The translations under genes were made by a program, and so were the position numbers. The notes under the pieces were generated by a model. It worked only from the letters and a program-made list of their open reading frames with translations, was not told the origin of the DNA and did no database searches. DNA of 64,000 bases, taken from the IMG/VR virus record IMGVR_UViG_3300009011_000012, positions 25,474-89,473 of that record; one strand, 5' to 3'. Each line of letters opens with the position of its first letter. Positions within the stretch are counted from its first letter, which is position 1. The DNA is from a virus. This document shows positions 29,374 to 38,454 of this stretch, one piece after another.

Positions 29374-29612
29374 ACACCCAGCAAACAGTTTTAACCACGA
29401 ACTTAGTTAGTCGCGTTGAAGGTGAGGTGGCTTGTATCTGCCCTCACTGCAAGCGACCGGCCTTCTTATCCGCCTCCCGACTCAATGATGTTCGCGGCGA
29501 ACAGTTCAAACATAGTGATGTGGTTAATCTCAGGACACGGGCACGTTGCAATGGGGTTTTTGAGGTTAGCAGCACGGCAAAATACGACGGTTCTCTCTTC
29601 AACGTTGCTTAA
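29370..29612 (+). CDS. Small Zn-ribbon-like protein
   Basis: CPHC and a distal Cys; AAGGA RBS. Confidence 0.65.
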   Translation: MNTQQTVLTTNLVSRVEGEVACICPHCKRPAFLSASRLNDVRGEQFKHSDVVNLRTRARCNGVFEVSSTAKYDGSLFNVA

Positions 29613-29626
29613 TAGGAGACTCATAT

Positions 29627-29803
29627 ATGGCAGATTTCGCGTCGACTAAACACACAGCCACCTTTGAGGAATGGCACGAACAACTGATGGATTACGCTGA
29701 TTTACGTGGTGGAAGCGCAGCTGATGCAGATGTCTGGCGAGAAGACTACGAGGCAGGAAAAACGCCGGTAGCAGCTTACTGTGACGAGTGGGGCGAAGAT
29801 TAA
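29627..29803 (+). CDS. 58-aa acidic phage protein
   Basis: Hand-translated MADFASTKHTATFEEWHEQLMDYA...; AGGAG RBS. Confidence 0.7.
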   Translation: MADFASTKHTATFEEWHEQLMDYADLRGGSAADADVWREDYEAGKTPVAAYCDEWGED

Positions 29804-30096
29804 TGTCCGACCTCCAGTTAGCCGTTAAGGGGGTTTATTTTGACGCAATGCAAACAGGGGAGAAGGTGGAAGAATACCGCCTGGTTAGCCCTTACTGGAT
29901 TAATCGGTTGATGTCGGGATTTAAACAACGGAAGTATGACCGCCTGATCATTACCCGGGGCTACCCAAAGCGTGATGACCTCAGCAAGCGGATTGTTGTT
30001 CCGTATAACGGTTATGAAATTAAGGTCATCACACATGAGCATTTCGGCCCCGACCCGGTGAAAGTCTTTGCGATTAAGGTAAACCTACAACCTTAA
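29803..30096 (+). CDS. ASCH-domain protein
   Basis: YFDAMQTGEKVEEYR (GxKxxExR). Confidence 0.85.
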   Translation: MSDLQLAVKGVYFDAMQTGEKVEEYRLVSPYWINRLMSGFKQRKYDRLIITRGYPKRDDLSKRIVVPYNGYEIKVITHEHFGPDPVKVFAIKVNLQP

Positions 30097-30235
30097 CTAC
30101 CCGCCTCACAACCATCCGGTAGCTCCGGATGGCCCCTTCTGCGCACGTCGTGCATATTTATTTCCTCTCAACTATTGAAAGTGATTTTCTAACACATTAT
30201 ATTTTTAACCGGAACAAATTGAAGCCGAGTTAAAT

Positions 30236-31231
30236 ATGAGTGCAATCATCACCCCCTTCGTACAAAAAGAAACCGGCGTTGCTGTGTTCTCTGTGGACTC
30301 AGCCACCAGCAACATGATCAAGAGCGCTGAACGGTTTCTGTTAACCCCATTGCCAAAAGAGCAGGGAAAAGACACTCCTGACGGGTTTGTCGATCTGAAC
30401 TACTCGCTGGTGGCCAATGAAACGCTAAAGCCATTTTTTGAAAGTGAACGCGTATTCGACTCCCTTGGCGGTCAACCCTCTGTTATGGACTGGGTGCAAC
30501 GCAGTGTGCATACCTGCCAGGCAGAAAGTCGGGAGGATTGTGATAACCAACTAACTACGCATTTTCACAACGGCTCTGCTGTGCGTTTGTGCTGGTATCA
30601 CGACAATGAATATTTGATGCGGGGCTATAACCGTCTCAATGATGTTTTTCAGCGGAATCGCGCCAATTGGATCATGTCATGGGCGAACAGCGAAATGAGG
30701 CTGGAGCCCGGCCGTGACATTAGCCTCATCGAATTAACGTTTTGGGCACTGCGTCGCGGATTCAAAGACCAGCTACCCCAAGAGGCTGGACGCATCGCCC
30801 TCTGCAAGCCAGTAGAAGAGTTCACGACAGGCACCATGCGTGAATCCGATATCGTTTGGACCTATGGAGTCAATGAGCTGGTGGAGCAGCTGGCGGACAA
30901 GATTACAGAAATTGACGTTGATGAAGAATCCGGCTTGCTCTACATGGCCAGACCAAAAATCCAGTTGGGAAAAAGCGCAGCCTATCGCCGGTTTATCGTC
31001 TCCCGCCCCTGTGTAGGTTGCTCTGGTGAGGTTAATCGCCCCTTCATGTACCGCGCACGCGGTTTAAACGAACACGACCGTTGGTGTGTGCCCCTTTGTG
31101 ATAAATGCGCCCACGACGCCGCTCAGGACGTCAGGGGATGGGAAGCCGCACACGGCAAGCGTCTCTATGTTCTCGCTAACCAGATATTCGACTTTGCCAT
31201 CGAGCATGGCGTGATCAACTTCAATAACTGA
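30236..31231 (+). CDS. pdcB: DUF968/HNH-like protein (PdcB-like)
   Basis: ITPFVQKE, LCWYHDN, PCVGC, VPLC. Confidence 0.75.
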   Translation: MSAIITPFVQKETGVAVFSVDSATSNMIKSAERFLLTPLPKEQGKDTPDGFVDLNYSLVANETLKPFFESERVFDSLGGQPSVMDWVQRSVHTCQAESREDCDNQLTTHFHNGSAVRLCWYHDNEYLMRGYNRLNDVFQRNRANWIMSWANSEMRLEPGRDISLIELTFWALRRGFKDQLPQEAGRIALCKPVEEFTTGTMRESDIVWTYGVNELVEQLADKITEIDVDEESGLLYMARPKIQLGKSAAYRRFIVSRPCVGCSGEVNRPFMYRARGLNEHDRWCVPLCDKCAHDAAQDVRGWEAAHGKRLYVLANQIFDFAIEHGVINFNN

Positions 31232-31240
31232 GGGATCAGT

Positions 31241-31879
31241 ATGCACCAGCGTTTTTACATGATGTGCTTGCGGGAAACTGTGGGCACGAATGCTTCATTC
31301 CATCGCAAAGATGGCCATGGCTACAGTAGCGATATCGATGCCGCCCATGTCTACACACTGAGCGAAGCGCAAAACAACTGGGAGAAAGGGAGGAGTATCG
31401 ATCTGCCTATCTCAGCTGAGTGCGTAGATGCTCTGGCCGTTTGGCACGTAGACCACCAGCTAATTCCACATGAGACGGTGGAAGAAGAGGGCTGTAGTCA
31501 ATACGTGGCCTTTCTTAAAGGGGAGTGGGACGGAAATGATGTGTACTGGCTTGCAGGTACCGAGCGGCCTACTACCGATTTCAGCAAAGCCTATATCCAT
31601 CCGTTCCCGGTGACATCGAGTGAAGGAGTGGTATGGCTTCCTTATCATCTCGTTGCGGCAGTAAAAAGACGCACTTTCAATATCCACCTCTTGGACCGCC
31701 GCAAGATGATTCAGGCTCCAGGCTTGCGCATGCCCAAATGGCTGAAGCTTCAAAAACGTCGGCACCAGAATTCATCCGGCAAGGTTCGTTGGAATTGCCC
31801 CAGCTGCGGCCGTATCTCCTGGCAATTGAATCCCTATGACTTTGACGGTTGCTCAAACCTCAGCTGCAGGGGGACGTGA
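31241..31879 (+). CDS. Hypothetical phage protein with C-terminal Cys cluster
   Basis: ORF with RBS; WNCPSCG. Confidence 0.7.
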   Translation: MHQRFYMMCLRETVGTNASFHRKDGHGYSSDIDAAHVYTLSEAQNNWEKGRSIDLPISAECVDALAVWHVDHQLIPHETVEEEGCSQYVAFLKGEWDGNDVYWLAGTERPTTDFSKAYIHPFPVTSSEGVVWLPYHLVAAVKRRTFNIHLLDRRKMIQAPGLRMPKWLKLQKRRHQNSSGKVRWNCPSCGRISWQLNPYDFDGCSNLSCRGT

Positions 31880-32190
31880 TGGCCAGCGCCAATCTTTGGG
31901 CGATCGTCCGGACGATTCAACGCGACGGGGAGATCACCCCACGAAAGGTGTGCCGTTTGCTGGGCTGCTCCAGCAAAAAGGCAAGCCGCATGCTTGAGCA
32001 CTTGGTGTCAGCTGGTGCTGTTAAGAACGTTGGCCAACGCGGTCACCCAGTGTTCAGGATGCGGCCAGGCGGGGAAACAAAAATTAAGCCAATGCTGGTG
32101 GCACGCGAGCTACCCAGCATCACAGAGATTTGCCGCAAGAACTGGCGCGGCTATCAAATTCACAAAATCATCGGGAGTACGAGAGCATGA
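31879..32190 (+). CDS. Winged-HTH protein
   Basis: ITPRKVCRLLGCSSKKASRMLEHLV. Confidence 0.7.
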   Translation: MASANLWAIVRTIQRDGEITPRKVCRLLGCSSKKASRMLEHLVSAGAVKNVGQRGHPVFRMRPGGETKIKPMLVARELPSITEICRKNWRGYQIHKIIGSTRA

Positions 32191-32603
32191 CACCCAATAT
32201 ACAGGCGTACCGCGCTGACGGTGGCGATATTGGCACTGACCGCATTAAAGAGATAGCCAATAACCCATACGGTGACGAAGAGAAATGCTGGCTAGCTAAG
32301 CGCGTGCTGGCACTGCTGGATGAACTGGAAGCCAAAGACAAAGCATGGTCCGCACAGGACAACCATATCAACCAGCAGGCTGACCGAATTGAATCGCTGG
32401 AGAAGAAGAATGGCGATCTGGGCAGAGCGCTTGGAGCAGCAGAGAAGCGGACTGCTGAGCTGCAGGCGCGGGATATCACCATCAAACAGCATGCACAGGC
32501 TTTATTTGAGGCAATCGCAAACCCGTCTGACCATTACGTACCTGCATACGCCCGGTGTTTAAGAGAAGCGCTGAATGGCACTAGCACCGGTAAAGGAGAG
32601 TGA
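32187..32603 (+). CDS. Ead/Ea22-like protein
   Basis: VLALLDELEAKDK, AAEKRTAELQAR. Confidence 0.7.
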   Translation: MTPNIQAYRADGGDIGTDRIKEIANNPYGDEEKCWLAKRVLALLDELEAKDKAWSAQDNHINQQADRIESLEKKNGDLGRALGAAEKRTAELQARDITIKQHAQALFEAIANPSDHYVPAYARCLREALNGTSTGKGE

Positions 32604-32893
32604 GCATGGCTACTTTGCAGGAGTTAATCGACCTGACGCCGGAACAGGAAAAAGCCTGGAAACGTCTTGAGAAAGCAGTGAAGGATTTCAGAGCCGCAGG
32701 AGGCAAGTTCTATAGCGTTCTGGACACTTTGAGCGCCTACAACGGTGAGCACGTTTACTGCATTGATAACGATACGGGATATCACACCGCAAGCGTCTAC
32801 ATGCCGAGCATTGATGCACCAGGGCTAACCAGTTGGGCCGATGATTGGCATGGCATAACGCTGAAAGATGGCGTTGAAGTGGATGAGGACTAA
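32600..32893 (+). CDS. Hypothetical phage protein
   Basis: Coupled ORF with AAGGAG RBS. Confidence 0.7.
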   Translation: MSMATLQELIDLTPEQEKAWKRLEKAVKDFRAAGGKFYSVLDTLSAYNGEHVYCIDNDTGYHTASVYMPSIDAPGLTSWADDWHGITLKDGVEVDED

Positions 32894-32896
32894 CCC

Positions 32897-33151
32897 ATGA
32901 GCACTATTACCAGCGAATTCACCATAGAGCAGATAAAGGCGCTAATTTCAGAGGCTGAAGAATGGGCTGAAATTTACGAACATCCGATTCACGATAAGCC
33001 TCAAAGGGATTTCTTCGAAGGCATGGCGCGAGCAATGACCGCTTATCTTGCGGTATTAACCACCGAGCCTGCGAAATGTGGGCATATCGATCTTGATTGC
33101 GATGACGGCAAGGCTGTTTGTCTGCATTGCGGCAAAACGTGGGAGGTCTAA
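32897..33151 (+). CDS. Hypothetical protein (Eaa-like start, C-terminal Cys motif)
   Basis: MSTITSEFT start; RBS. Confidence 0.65.
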   Translation: MSTITSEFTIEQIKALISEAEEWAEIYEHPIHDKPQRDFFEGMARAMTAYLAVLTTEPAKCGHIDLDCDDGKAVCLHCGKTWEV

Positions 33152-34147
33152 ATGGAATTTACCAGAGAACAATTAACGAAAATCATCGAAAGCGCGGAAG
33201 TCGTTATTACTGCATTGGATGGTACGAATGAAGACCTTCATCCAGGCAATAACAAAGGGATGGTGGAAGCTTGGGACCATTTGAATGATGTTGCGGCCCC
33301 GCCGAAAGTTGTGAAGGAGCTGGCGCGTATTGCGATGGCAGCAACAGTTGAGCCCCTGTATCAATACCGAATTCGAAATGGCTACAACGGACAGGTAACA
33401 GAGTGGCAAACCATTAGACGTGACCAGGTTGATTTTGTTTTGAAAGCTCAGCCGCATAATACTGAGTTTCAAATTATCGCCCCGCCAGCTCCGATTCCTG
33501 ATGTTTCCGCCGTCGCCCGCGCGGCGCTGGATTACATCGATGCACTTCCGGACGAAGTGGTAGCCAAGCTTCCTGCAATGCCTGGTTTCGATCGAGATTG
33601 GGCTGAAGAGATTCTTTCCACGGTCGCCGCACCGGCGCAGAGAACGCTAGCCATTGCGAACGAGACGATCGACTTTGAACGCCTGTGTGAAATCGCAGAA
33701 GAGGACAAAGGAAGCGACGTGGCGTCTGAATCTTCAATAATGGCGCGCATGCTAATTGGCGTGGCCATGAACAGCGAGCCGGTGGCGTATACTGATGCAG
33801 ATGAATTGCGTTTCCCGCACGCCACCAGCGACATGTGGCCCGCACCTCTTGGGCACGGTAGGGATGTTCCTCTATACACTGTACAGCAGCTTAACGATAG
33901 GGAAAGGGCTGAGCTCACGTCATATCGTTGGCTGGTGGAGCGCCTTGAGGCAGCGCTCCGGCCTGACTGTCCCGCTTTTGATGCTGCATGCCGCGCATTA
34001 TGGGAACGTGAACCACACAGGATTTTGGAAAAGGCCGGTTACCCGATTGATTACGACTCTCAGCCACCAGCGATTAAAGCTGGCTTAAAGCGGCAGGTGT
34101 TAACGGTTTTAAGGACCGTGGAAAAGGAGGTGAGGGGTGAAGGCTGA
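33152..34147 (+). CDS. Mosaic Eaa-like early protein
   Basis: EFTREQL, EPVAY and PLYT modules typical of enterobacterial phage Eaa proteins. Confidence 0.65.
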   Translation: MEFTREQLTKIIESAEVVITALDGTNEDLHPGNNKGMVEAWDHLNDVAAPPKVVKELARIAMAATVEPLYQYRIRNGYNGQVTEWQTIRRDQVDFVLKAQPHNTEFQIIAPPAPIPDVSAVARAALDYIDALPDEVVAKLPAMPGFDRDWAEEILSTVAAPAQRTLAIANETIDFERLCEIAEEDKGSDVASESSIMARMLIGVAMNSEPVAYTDADELRFPHATSDMWPAPLGHGRDVPLYTVQQLNDRERAELTSYRWLVERLEAALRPDCPAFDAACRALWEREPHRILEKAGYPIDYDSQPPAIKAGLKRQVLTVLRTVEKEVRGEG

Positions 34148-34328
34148 AATATCCATCGTTCGTCCGGGCGCATGCGATGACCATGAGATCAGGTTGATTA
34201 TCCGGCTGGCACGCGGGAAAACGATCACTGCCATCATGACGCCGGAAAACCTGGCATTAGCGCTGACAGGGAAATCAGACCTACCGGCAGAAATTTCCCT
34301 ACGTAATGTGGATATAGTGGTGAAGTGA
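34137..34328 (+). CDS. Small hypothetical protein
   Basis: GAGG RBS; last gene before a terminator. Confidence 0.65.
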   Translation: MKAEISIVRPGACDDHEIRLIIRLARGKTITAIMTPENLALALTGKSDLPAEISLRNVDIVVK

Positions 34329-34344
34329 CCCATGGTGAAACGAG

Positions 34345-34372
34345 GAAAGGCCCAATATCTGGGCCTTTTTTT
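34345..34372. terminator. Intrinsic terminator between convergent units
   Basis: AAAGGCCCA-ATATC-TGGGCCTTTTTT. Confidence 0.8.
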
Positions 34373-34383
34373 ATTTGACGTAA

Positions 34384-34464
34384 TCACCGCTTGTTGATGT
34401 AGTCGATGATCGTCGTGATGATGGCCACCAGCGGTGGTAGTATCTTCAGCAGCAAACTAACCAT
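34384..34464 (-). CDS. 26-aa hydrophobic peptide, Ldr/Fst-like type I toxin candidate
   Basis: MVSLLLKILPPLVAIITTIIDYINKR; AAGGAGG RBS. Confidence 0.75.
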   Translation of the reverse strand: MVSLLLKILPPLVAIITTIIDYINKR

Positions 34465-34488
34465 TTTGAGCCTCCTTGGGCTTCGGGG

Positions 34489-34575
34489 TTATCGGTCTTT
34501 CCAGTAACCCAGCAGCGTCATAATGATGACCGCTACCGGATGCGCGAGTTTTAAAAACAACAGCAGCATTTGCAT
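34489..34575 (-). CDS. 28-aa hydrophobic peptide, Ldr/Fst-like type I toxin candidate
   Basis: MQMLLLFLKLAHPVAVIIMTLLGYWKDR; TAAGGA RBS. Confidence 0.75.
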   Translation of the reverse strand: MQMLLLFLKLAHPVAVIIMTLLGYWKDR

Positions 34576-34826
34576 GTTGAATCCTTACTTGTTTTCTCGC
34601 GCCTGGCTGCAAACACCCTTGGGCTTGCCTTTGCAGTTGCTGTATCGATAGTCGCCAGATACATTCAGCACGATTTCATGTTTGGGTGAGGCCTTCGAAT
34701 CACCAAAAAACCTGCGCAGAAATTTCGCTTTTAAATCATGTCCTAAACCCTTCTCAACCGTTAGGGAACCTTCAGAACGGTTCCAGCTGGCTTGAAGAAT
34801 GCAGTGCATTTGTTTAAGCTAACTTC

Positions 34827-34912
34827 AGTCGCCAGATACATTTGGCACGGTAAGCGGAGTTCGCACCTCCAGTTACCGATTGAAAGACCCGGTCTAATCA
34901 GCCGGGTTTTTT
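34827..34912 (+). ncRNA. Putative antisense antitoxin sRNA (about 86 nt)
   Basis: Promoter TTGAAG-17-TAAGCT (34792-34820); terminator CCCGG..CCGGG-T6; first 23 nt repeated at 34650-34672. Confidence 0.65.
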
Positions 34913-34947
34913 CATTTCCGGCAGACAAAAAAAAGCTTATGGAATAA

Positions 34948-35022
34948 ATACTACATATAGGGGTTTCAAAAATTCTTCCCGCTATATGGTGAGTATTCTA
35001 GTATCGAATCATTTCAGTACAA
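34948..35022 (-). promoter_or_regulatory. Tandem NrdR-like boxes overlapping a sigma70-like promoter
   Basis: ATACTACATATAGGGG (34948) and CCGCTATATGGTGAGT (34979), 31 bp apart; TTGTAC-16-TAGAAT on the minus strand. Confidence 0.55.
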
Positions 35023-35221
35023 GAGTTGATTTTGACGTTAAATTGAGGTTGTCAAGGGGTAAAAATGCTTAAGTCCTCGTAACATAAGGCCTGGAAGAGA
35101 TGTCAATAATTAAGAAAAAAAATTCAAAATTTGATCGAGTGATGATTTCTTCAACGGGAGGTCAGAATTGCGCAACATGATGTCGCGCAATGCACTCAGT
35201 TTCATACCAAATCTTCGCTTC

Positions 35222-35539
35222 TTATCTTATGGTTTGTGCCATGCATTTCCGCCAGGCACTCCCCTCAACACCATTATCCACATACGTTGATATTGCATAC
35301 GGAATACTCCTGATTTCGGTTGAAACGACTGCTCCATCACTAGCTGAGGTCGCGCGAGGTATTGAGGTGAACTTGTATTGGCCGCTGATTCCTTTTGCTG
35401 CTTGAGCCTTCGATTTCGTCATGATGGTATTTGCGCATTGTTCTGCTGCTGCAAGCTGCGGATCTTTATCCGATTTATCCGCGCTGCATGCTGTGAGGGT
35501 GATAACCAAAGCAGAGATGAATAATTTTCTATTTATCAT
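35222..35539 (-). CDS. Lipoprotein of unknown function
   Basis: LTAC lipobox. Confidence 0.8.
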   Translation of the reverse strand: MINRKLFISALVITLTACSADKSDKDPQLAAAEQCANTIMTKSKAQAAKGISGQYKFTSIPRATSASDGAVVSTEIRSIPYAISTYVDNGVEGSAWRKCMAQTIR

Positions 35540-35670
35540 TTTTTCGACCTAACGCTAATAAAAACAATAGACTACATCAAAATACAGTGGCGTAGAAGCG
35601 ACCGCTGCGCTTTGACATTTGCTTACTTCGCTCACTACACGATTTGGATCAGTGCCTAGTATTGAATATA

Positions 35671-35686
35671 CTGTATATATATACAG
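35671..35686. promoter_or_regulatory. LexA (SOS) box
   Basis: CTGTATATATATACAG, the consensus sequence. Confidence 0.93.
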
Positions 35687-35706
35687 TTCATGCGCGTGAG
35701 GCCGTT

Positions 35707-35961
35707 ATGGGTAAGGATCTGAAATATGAAGTTATTCCGCGAGGGACTCATATCCCTTACATCACACCGGGAAAATGGACCTTCATACAGCGCAAACGTG
35801 AATATGGGGGAGGCTGGTGGTTCGGGAGGGCTTATGACGATCACTTTCAGCTTGAGTTTGAACGGCCGACCTCATTGGGTGAAGGTATTGACTATATAAA
35901 TGCCTACGAAAAAGTAAGCAAACTACCTGACTGGGATGATGATTTTAATTTGGAGGGTTAG
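35707..35961 (+). CDS. SOS-inducible hypothetical protein
   Basis: GAGG RBS; directly after the LexA box. Confidence 0.75.
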   Translation: MGKDLKYEVIPRGTHIPYITPGKWTFIQRKREYGGGWWFGRAYDDHFQLEFERPTSLGEGIDYINAYEKVSKLPDWDDDFNLEG

Positions 35962-36273
35962 ATGGGATTTCCTTCTCCTGCAACTGATTACGCAGAGTCT
36001 AGGTTAACCATAGATAGGATCTGCCAGATAGACAGTAACTGTGTTGTTATTGAGACAACGACCGGTTACGCAGTGATTAACCGGTCAATGAAGGCAAAGC
36101 AGGGTGATATGGTGCTGATCTCGATGTTCGGGCGAAACCTATTTGCCAGGGTCCATGGAGCGACCTTGCGAGAAAACGACGGGAAAATAATAGCGGGTGA
36201 GGAGCTCAATGAAGTTCATGTTGAGGGCGTAGTGACCTTCACAATTCACAGAACTCCAAGTACCCGCACTTAG
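35962..36273 (+). CDS. Short UmuD'/HumD-like protein
   Basis: MGFPSPATDYAE start and GVVTFTIH end; lacks the GxSM segment. Confidence 0.75.
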   Translation: MGFPSPATDYAESRLTIDRICQIDSNCVVIETTTGYAVINRSMKAKQGDMVLISMFGRNLFARVHGATLRENDGKIIAGEELNEVHVEGVVTFTIHRTPSTRT

Positions 36274-36692
36274 TCCTTTTGGTCGGCGTAGCGTTGTTCT
36301 TGTAGGCTCTCAAACGATTCGGTTATTGACCAAGGGACCGATTTAAACCGCTCGATCGCCTTCAACACCTCTACAGCGGTCGCTGTTGGCTCGACGGCCC
36401 CCTGAAGCCACGGGAGGAGGGCATCAATAATGCGATCTTTCATGTTCTCACCGTCCGCAAGCAACCGGGCTTGGTACGCTTGAATGTCGGCCACCAGCGC
36501 CGACTCAGCCAGGCGTTGAAAAGGTTCTCCCTCTCCCGGTTCGTCAAGTAACTCCAGACGCTCTTTAATGCGTTGCGTATCCCGTGTTATCGCGTCGGAG
36601 GGAGTTGTGGCCAACCAGAGCTGGCAAAGATGATCGGGAATAACGATCGTCGTTCGCGTACCGGTGCTCTTCCTCACATAGTTCACTTTCAT
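36270..36692 (-). CDS. Putative DNA-binding regulator (RHH-like N-terminus)
   Basis: RTTIVIPDHLCQLW; divergent across palindromic operators. Confidence 0.6.
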   Translation of the reverse strand: MKVNYVRKSTGTRTTIVIPDHLCQLWLATTPSDAITRDTQRIKERLELLDEPGEGEPFQRLAESALVADIQAYQARLLADGENMKDRIIDALLPWLQGAVEPTATAVEVLKAIERFKSVPWSITESFESLQEQRYADQKD

Positions 36693-36741
36693 GGATTGAA
36701 CCTCTTTTTTCAGAAAGCAACATAATACCGATCATCCGTTT

Positions 36742-36801
36742 TTGAGTAAATATTTACTCAATCCCATTGACCTAATTCCATAAATGAGTAAATATTTACT
36801 C
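36742..36801. promoter_or_regulatory. Two perfect palindromic operators
   Basis: TTGAGTAAATATTTACTCAA (36742-36761) and GAGTAAATATTTACTC (36786-36801). Confidence 0.8.
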
Positions 36802-36827
36802 GTCAGATGAGTTAGATAAAAATAAGG

Positions 36828-37190
36828 ATGAACGCGATGAAACCGATACTCAACAAAGAGATCACCACACTTGCCGAGCTGGTGGCCACAACTGAAAATC
36901 TTGAGCCAACAGACCCGAAATTACTCGCGGCGATTAACGAAGTGCCTGCTGCGGCAAACACTGACATAACCTCTCCACTGCGGATTATTTCCGATTACAT
37001 GCTGCGCTTCCTCAGCAACAACAAGGATGCAAAATTGTATGAGGCAAAAGATCGGCTCGAACACAAGATCATCCAGTTTACCTTTGATGGATACGATGAG
37101 CAGTGCTTACGACAAGCACTCTCCACCGCCACCAGCTGCCACACACGGGAAGCGTTCGCCAGCGCCCTCGAATTGGAGGCAATCCAATGA
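36828..37190 (+). CDS. Hypothetical protein
   Basis: First gene of a coupled operon. Confidence 0.7.
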   Translation: MNAMKPILNKEITTLAELVATTENLEPTDPKLLAAINEVPAAANTDITSPLRIISDYMLRFLSNNKDAKLYEAKDRLEHKIIQFTFDGYDEQCLRQALSTATSCHTREAFASALELEAIQ

Positions 37191-37642
37191 CCGTATATCG
37201 CAACTATGCCACCCGCACGCAAGCCGTTACTGCGTTGAATAAGCTGCCGCTGGGAGAGTCCATTCTGTTAGTGCCGTACAACCCTGGCGCGTATCAGCAG
37301 GAGTCTGGAAGTCTTAAAGCTGTAGCTTGTAAGCAGCGTATTAAAATTGAGCTGAAAAAGGTGCTGCTGGTGGTTGAGGACGAAATGCCGCAGTCCTTCT
37401 TGCGTGTGAGGAAGGTCGCCGGGGAGCCAGTTCCGCTGACCGAAAAAGAGCAACGCACCGCCCTGCGTGATGAAGCTGCCGCGCTGCTGGAGCAGGCTGA
37501 AGCGCTGTTAACTGAGCTAACTGACGGATACACCGAAGAGAAGGACGGCACATTCAGCGCCTGCCACCCGCATAATGGCTTTGCTAGCGTGATTCGTCAG
37601 ATCTCCAGCCTGCGTAAACCACTGACGAGGGCGAAGGTATGA
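37187..37642 (+). CDS. Hypothetical protein
   Basis: GGAGG RBS; ATGA overlaps at both ends. Confidence 0.7.
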   Translation: MTVYRNYATRTQAVTALNKLPLGESILLVPYNPGAYQQESGSLKAVACKQRIKIELKKVLLVVEDEMPQSFLRVRKVAGEPVPLTEKEQRTALRDEAAALLEQAEALLTELTDGYTEEKDGTFSACHPHNGFASVIRQISSLRKPLTRAKV

Positions 37643-38454
37643 CACTTCTTAAGCCGATCACGCACGCACAGATCATGACGCTGCGCCGCCTGGGCTCTGG
37701 AGTGCGTTTCTCGCTCCGTGGTGATGGCAAGAAGGTGATAGAACGCCGGGGGCAAGCCTTGGCTCACCATGACCATATTAACGTCTCCAGCCTCATAATA
37801 ATGGCTTGCTCGGCGACAAAGGGCAGGGAGGCGGCCCCGGCTATGGACCTCTATAAAGGAGTTATGTATTCAACATTCCGCGCGAACGTACCCGCAACAC
37901 ATCCTGCAATTGTCATCTTGTCGGCAAAGCACGGCTTCATTGAAGCTGACCGTGTTATCGAACCTTATGAACAGTGCATGACAGAAGCGCGTGCAGATGA
38001 AATGATTGCGAAGTTGCCTGATCTTGACTCAATAAGATGGCCAACTGGCGTTCACTCAATACTGCTGGCTGGTGGCAAAACCTATCAGCGAGTGATGCGA
38101 GCAGCGATTAAACGCCGTATTGAACTTGGCTTGCTGGATAACGGCATCATTATCGAACAAACGAGTGGTGGCATTGGCTATCAACGGGCGCAGCTAGGCG
38201 CTTATCTGCGTAGCCTGCCTAACTCCAACGTGAACCATGATAAAGTAACCGCGGACACTACAATGCACATAAAGGGGAGGGCCATGAGTAACCAACTCGA
38301 CGCTCCGGCAGAGCAGGACATAGCAGCTGAAGGCTGCAATCCCAAAGAGGGATTGATCATCAACGGCTTGGGCCAGAAACCTGGTAATGGTAAATCGGTA
38401 CCGTTTCAGATGCAGGAAATGAGCGACCGGGCGACGGCTGAAGGACAGGAGTAA
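37639..38454 (+). CDS. DUF6884/YaaA-like domain protein
   Basis: ACSATK..PAMDLYKG, ILSAKHG, IEPYE, LAGGKTY, GIGYQ. Confidence 0.7.
   Translation: MTLLKPITHAQIMTLRRLGSGVRFSLRGDGKKVIERRGQALAHHDHINVSSLIIMACSATKGREAAPAMDLYKGVMYSTFRANVPATHPAIVILSAKHGFIEADRVIEPYEQCMTEARADEMIAKLPDLDSIRWPTGVHSILLAGGKTYQRVMRAAIKRRIELGLLDNGIIIEQTSGGIGYQRAQLGAYLRSLPNSNVNHDKVTADTTMHIKGRAMSNQLDAPAEQDIAAEGCNPKEGLIINGLGQKPGNGKSVPFQMQEMSDRATAEGQE

Noticed and set aside
34585-34809. 74-aa minus-strand ORF
   Set aside because: No RBS or recognisable features; it overlaps the sRNA promoter and leader, so a non-coding role fits better.
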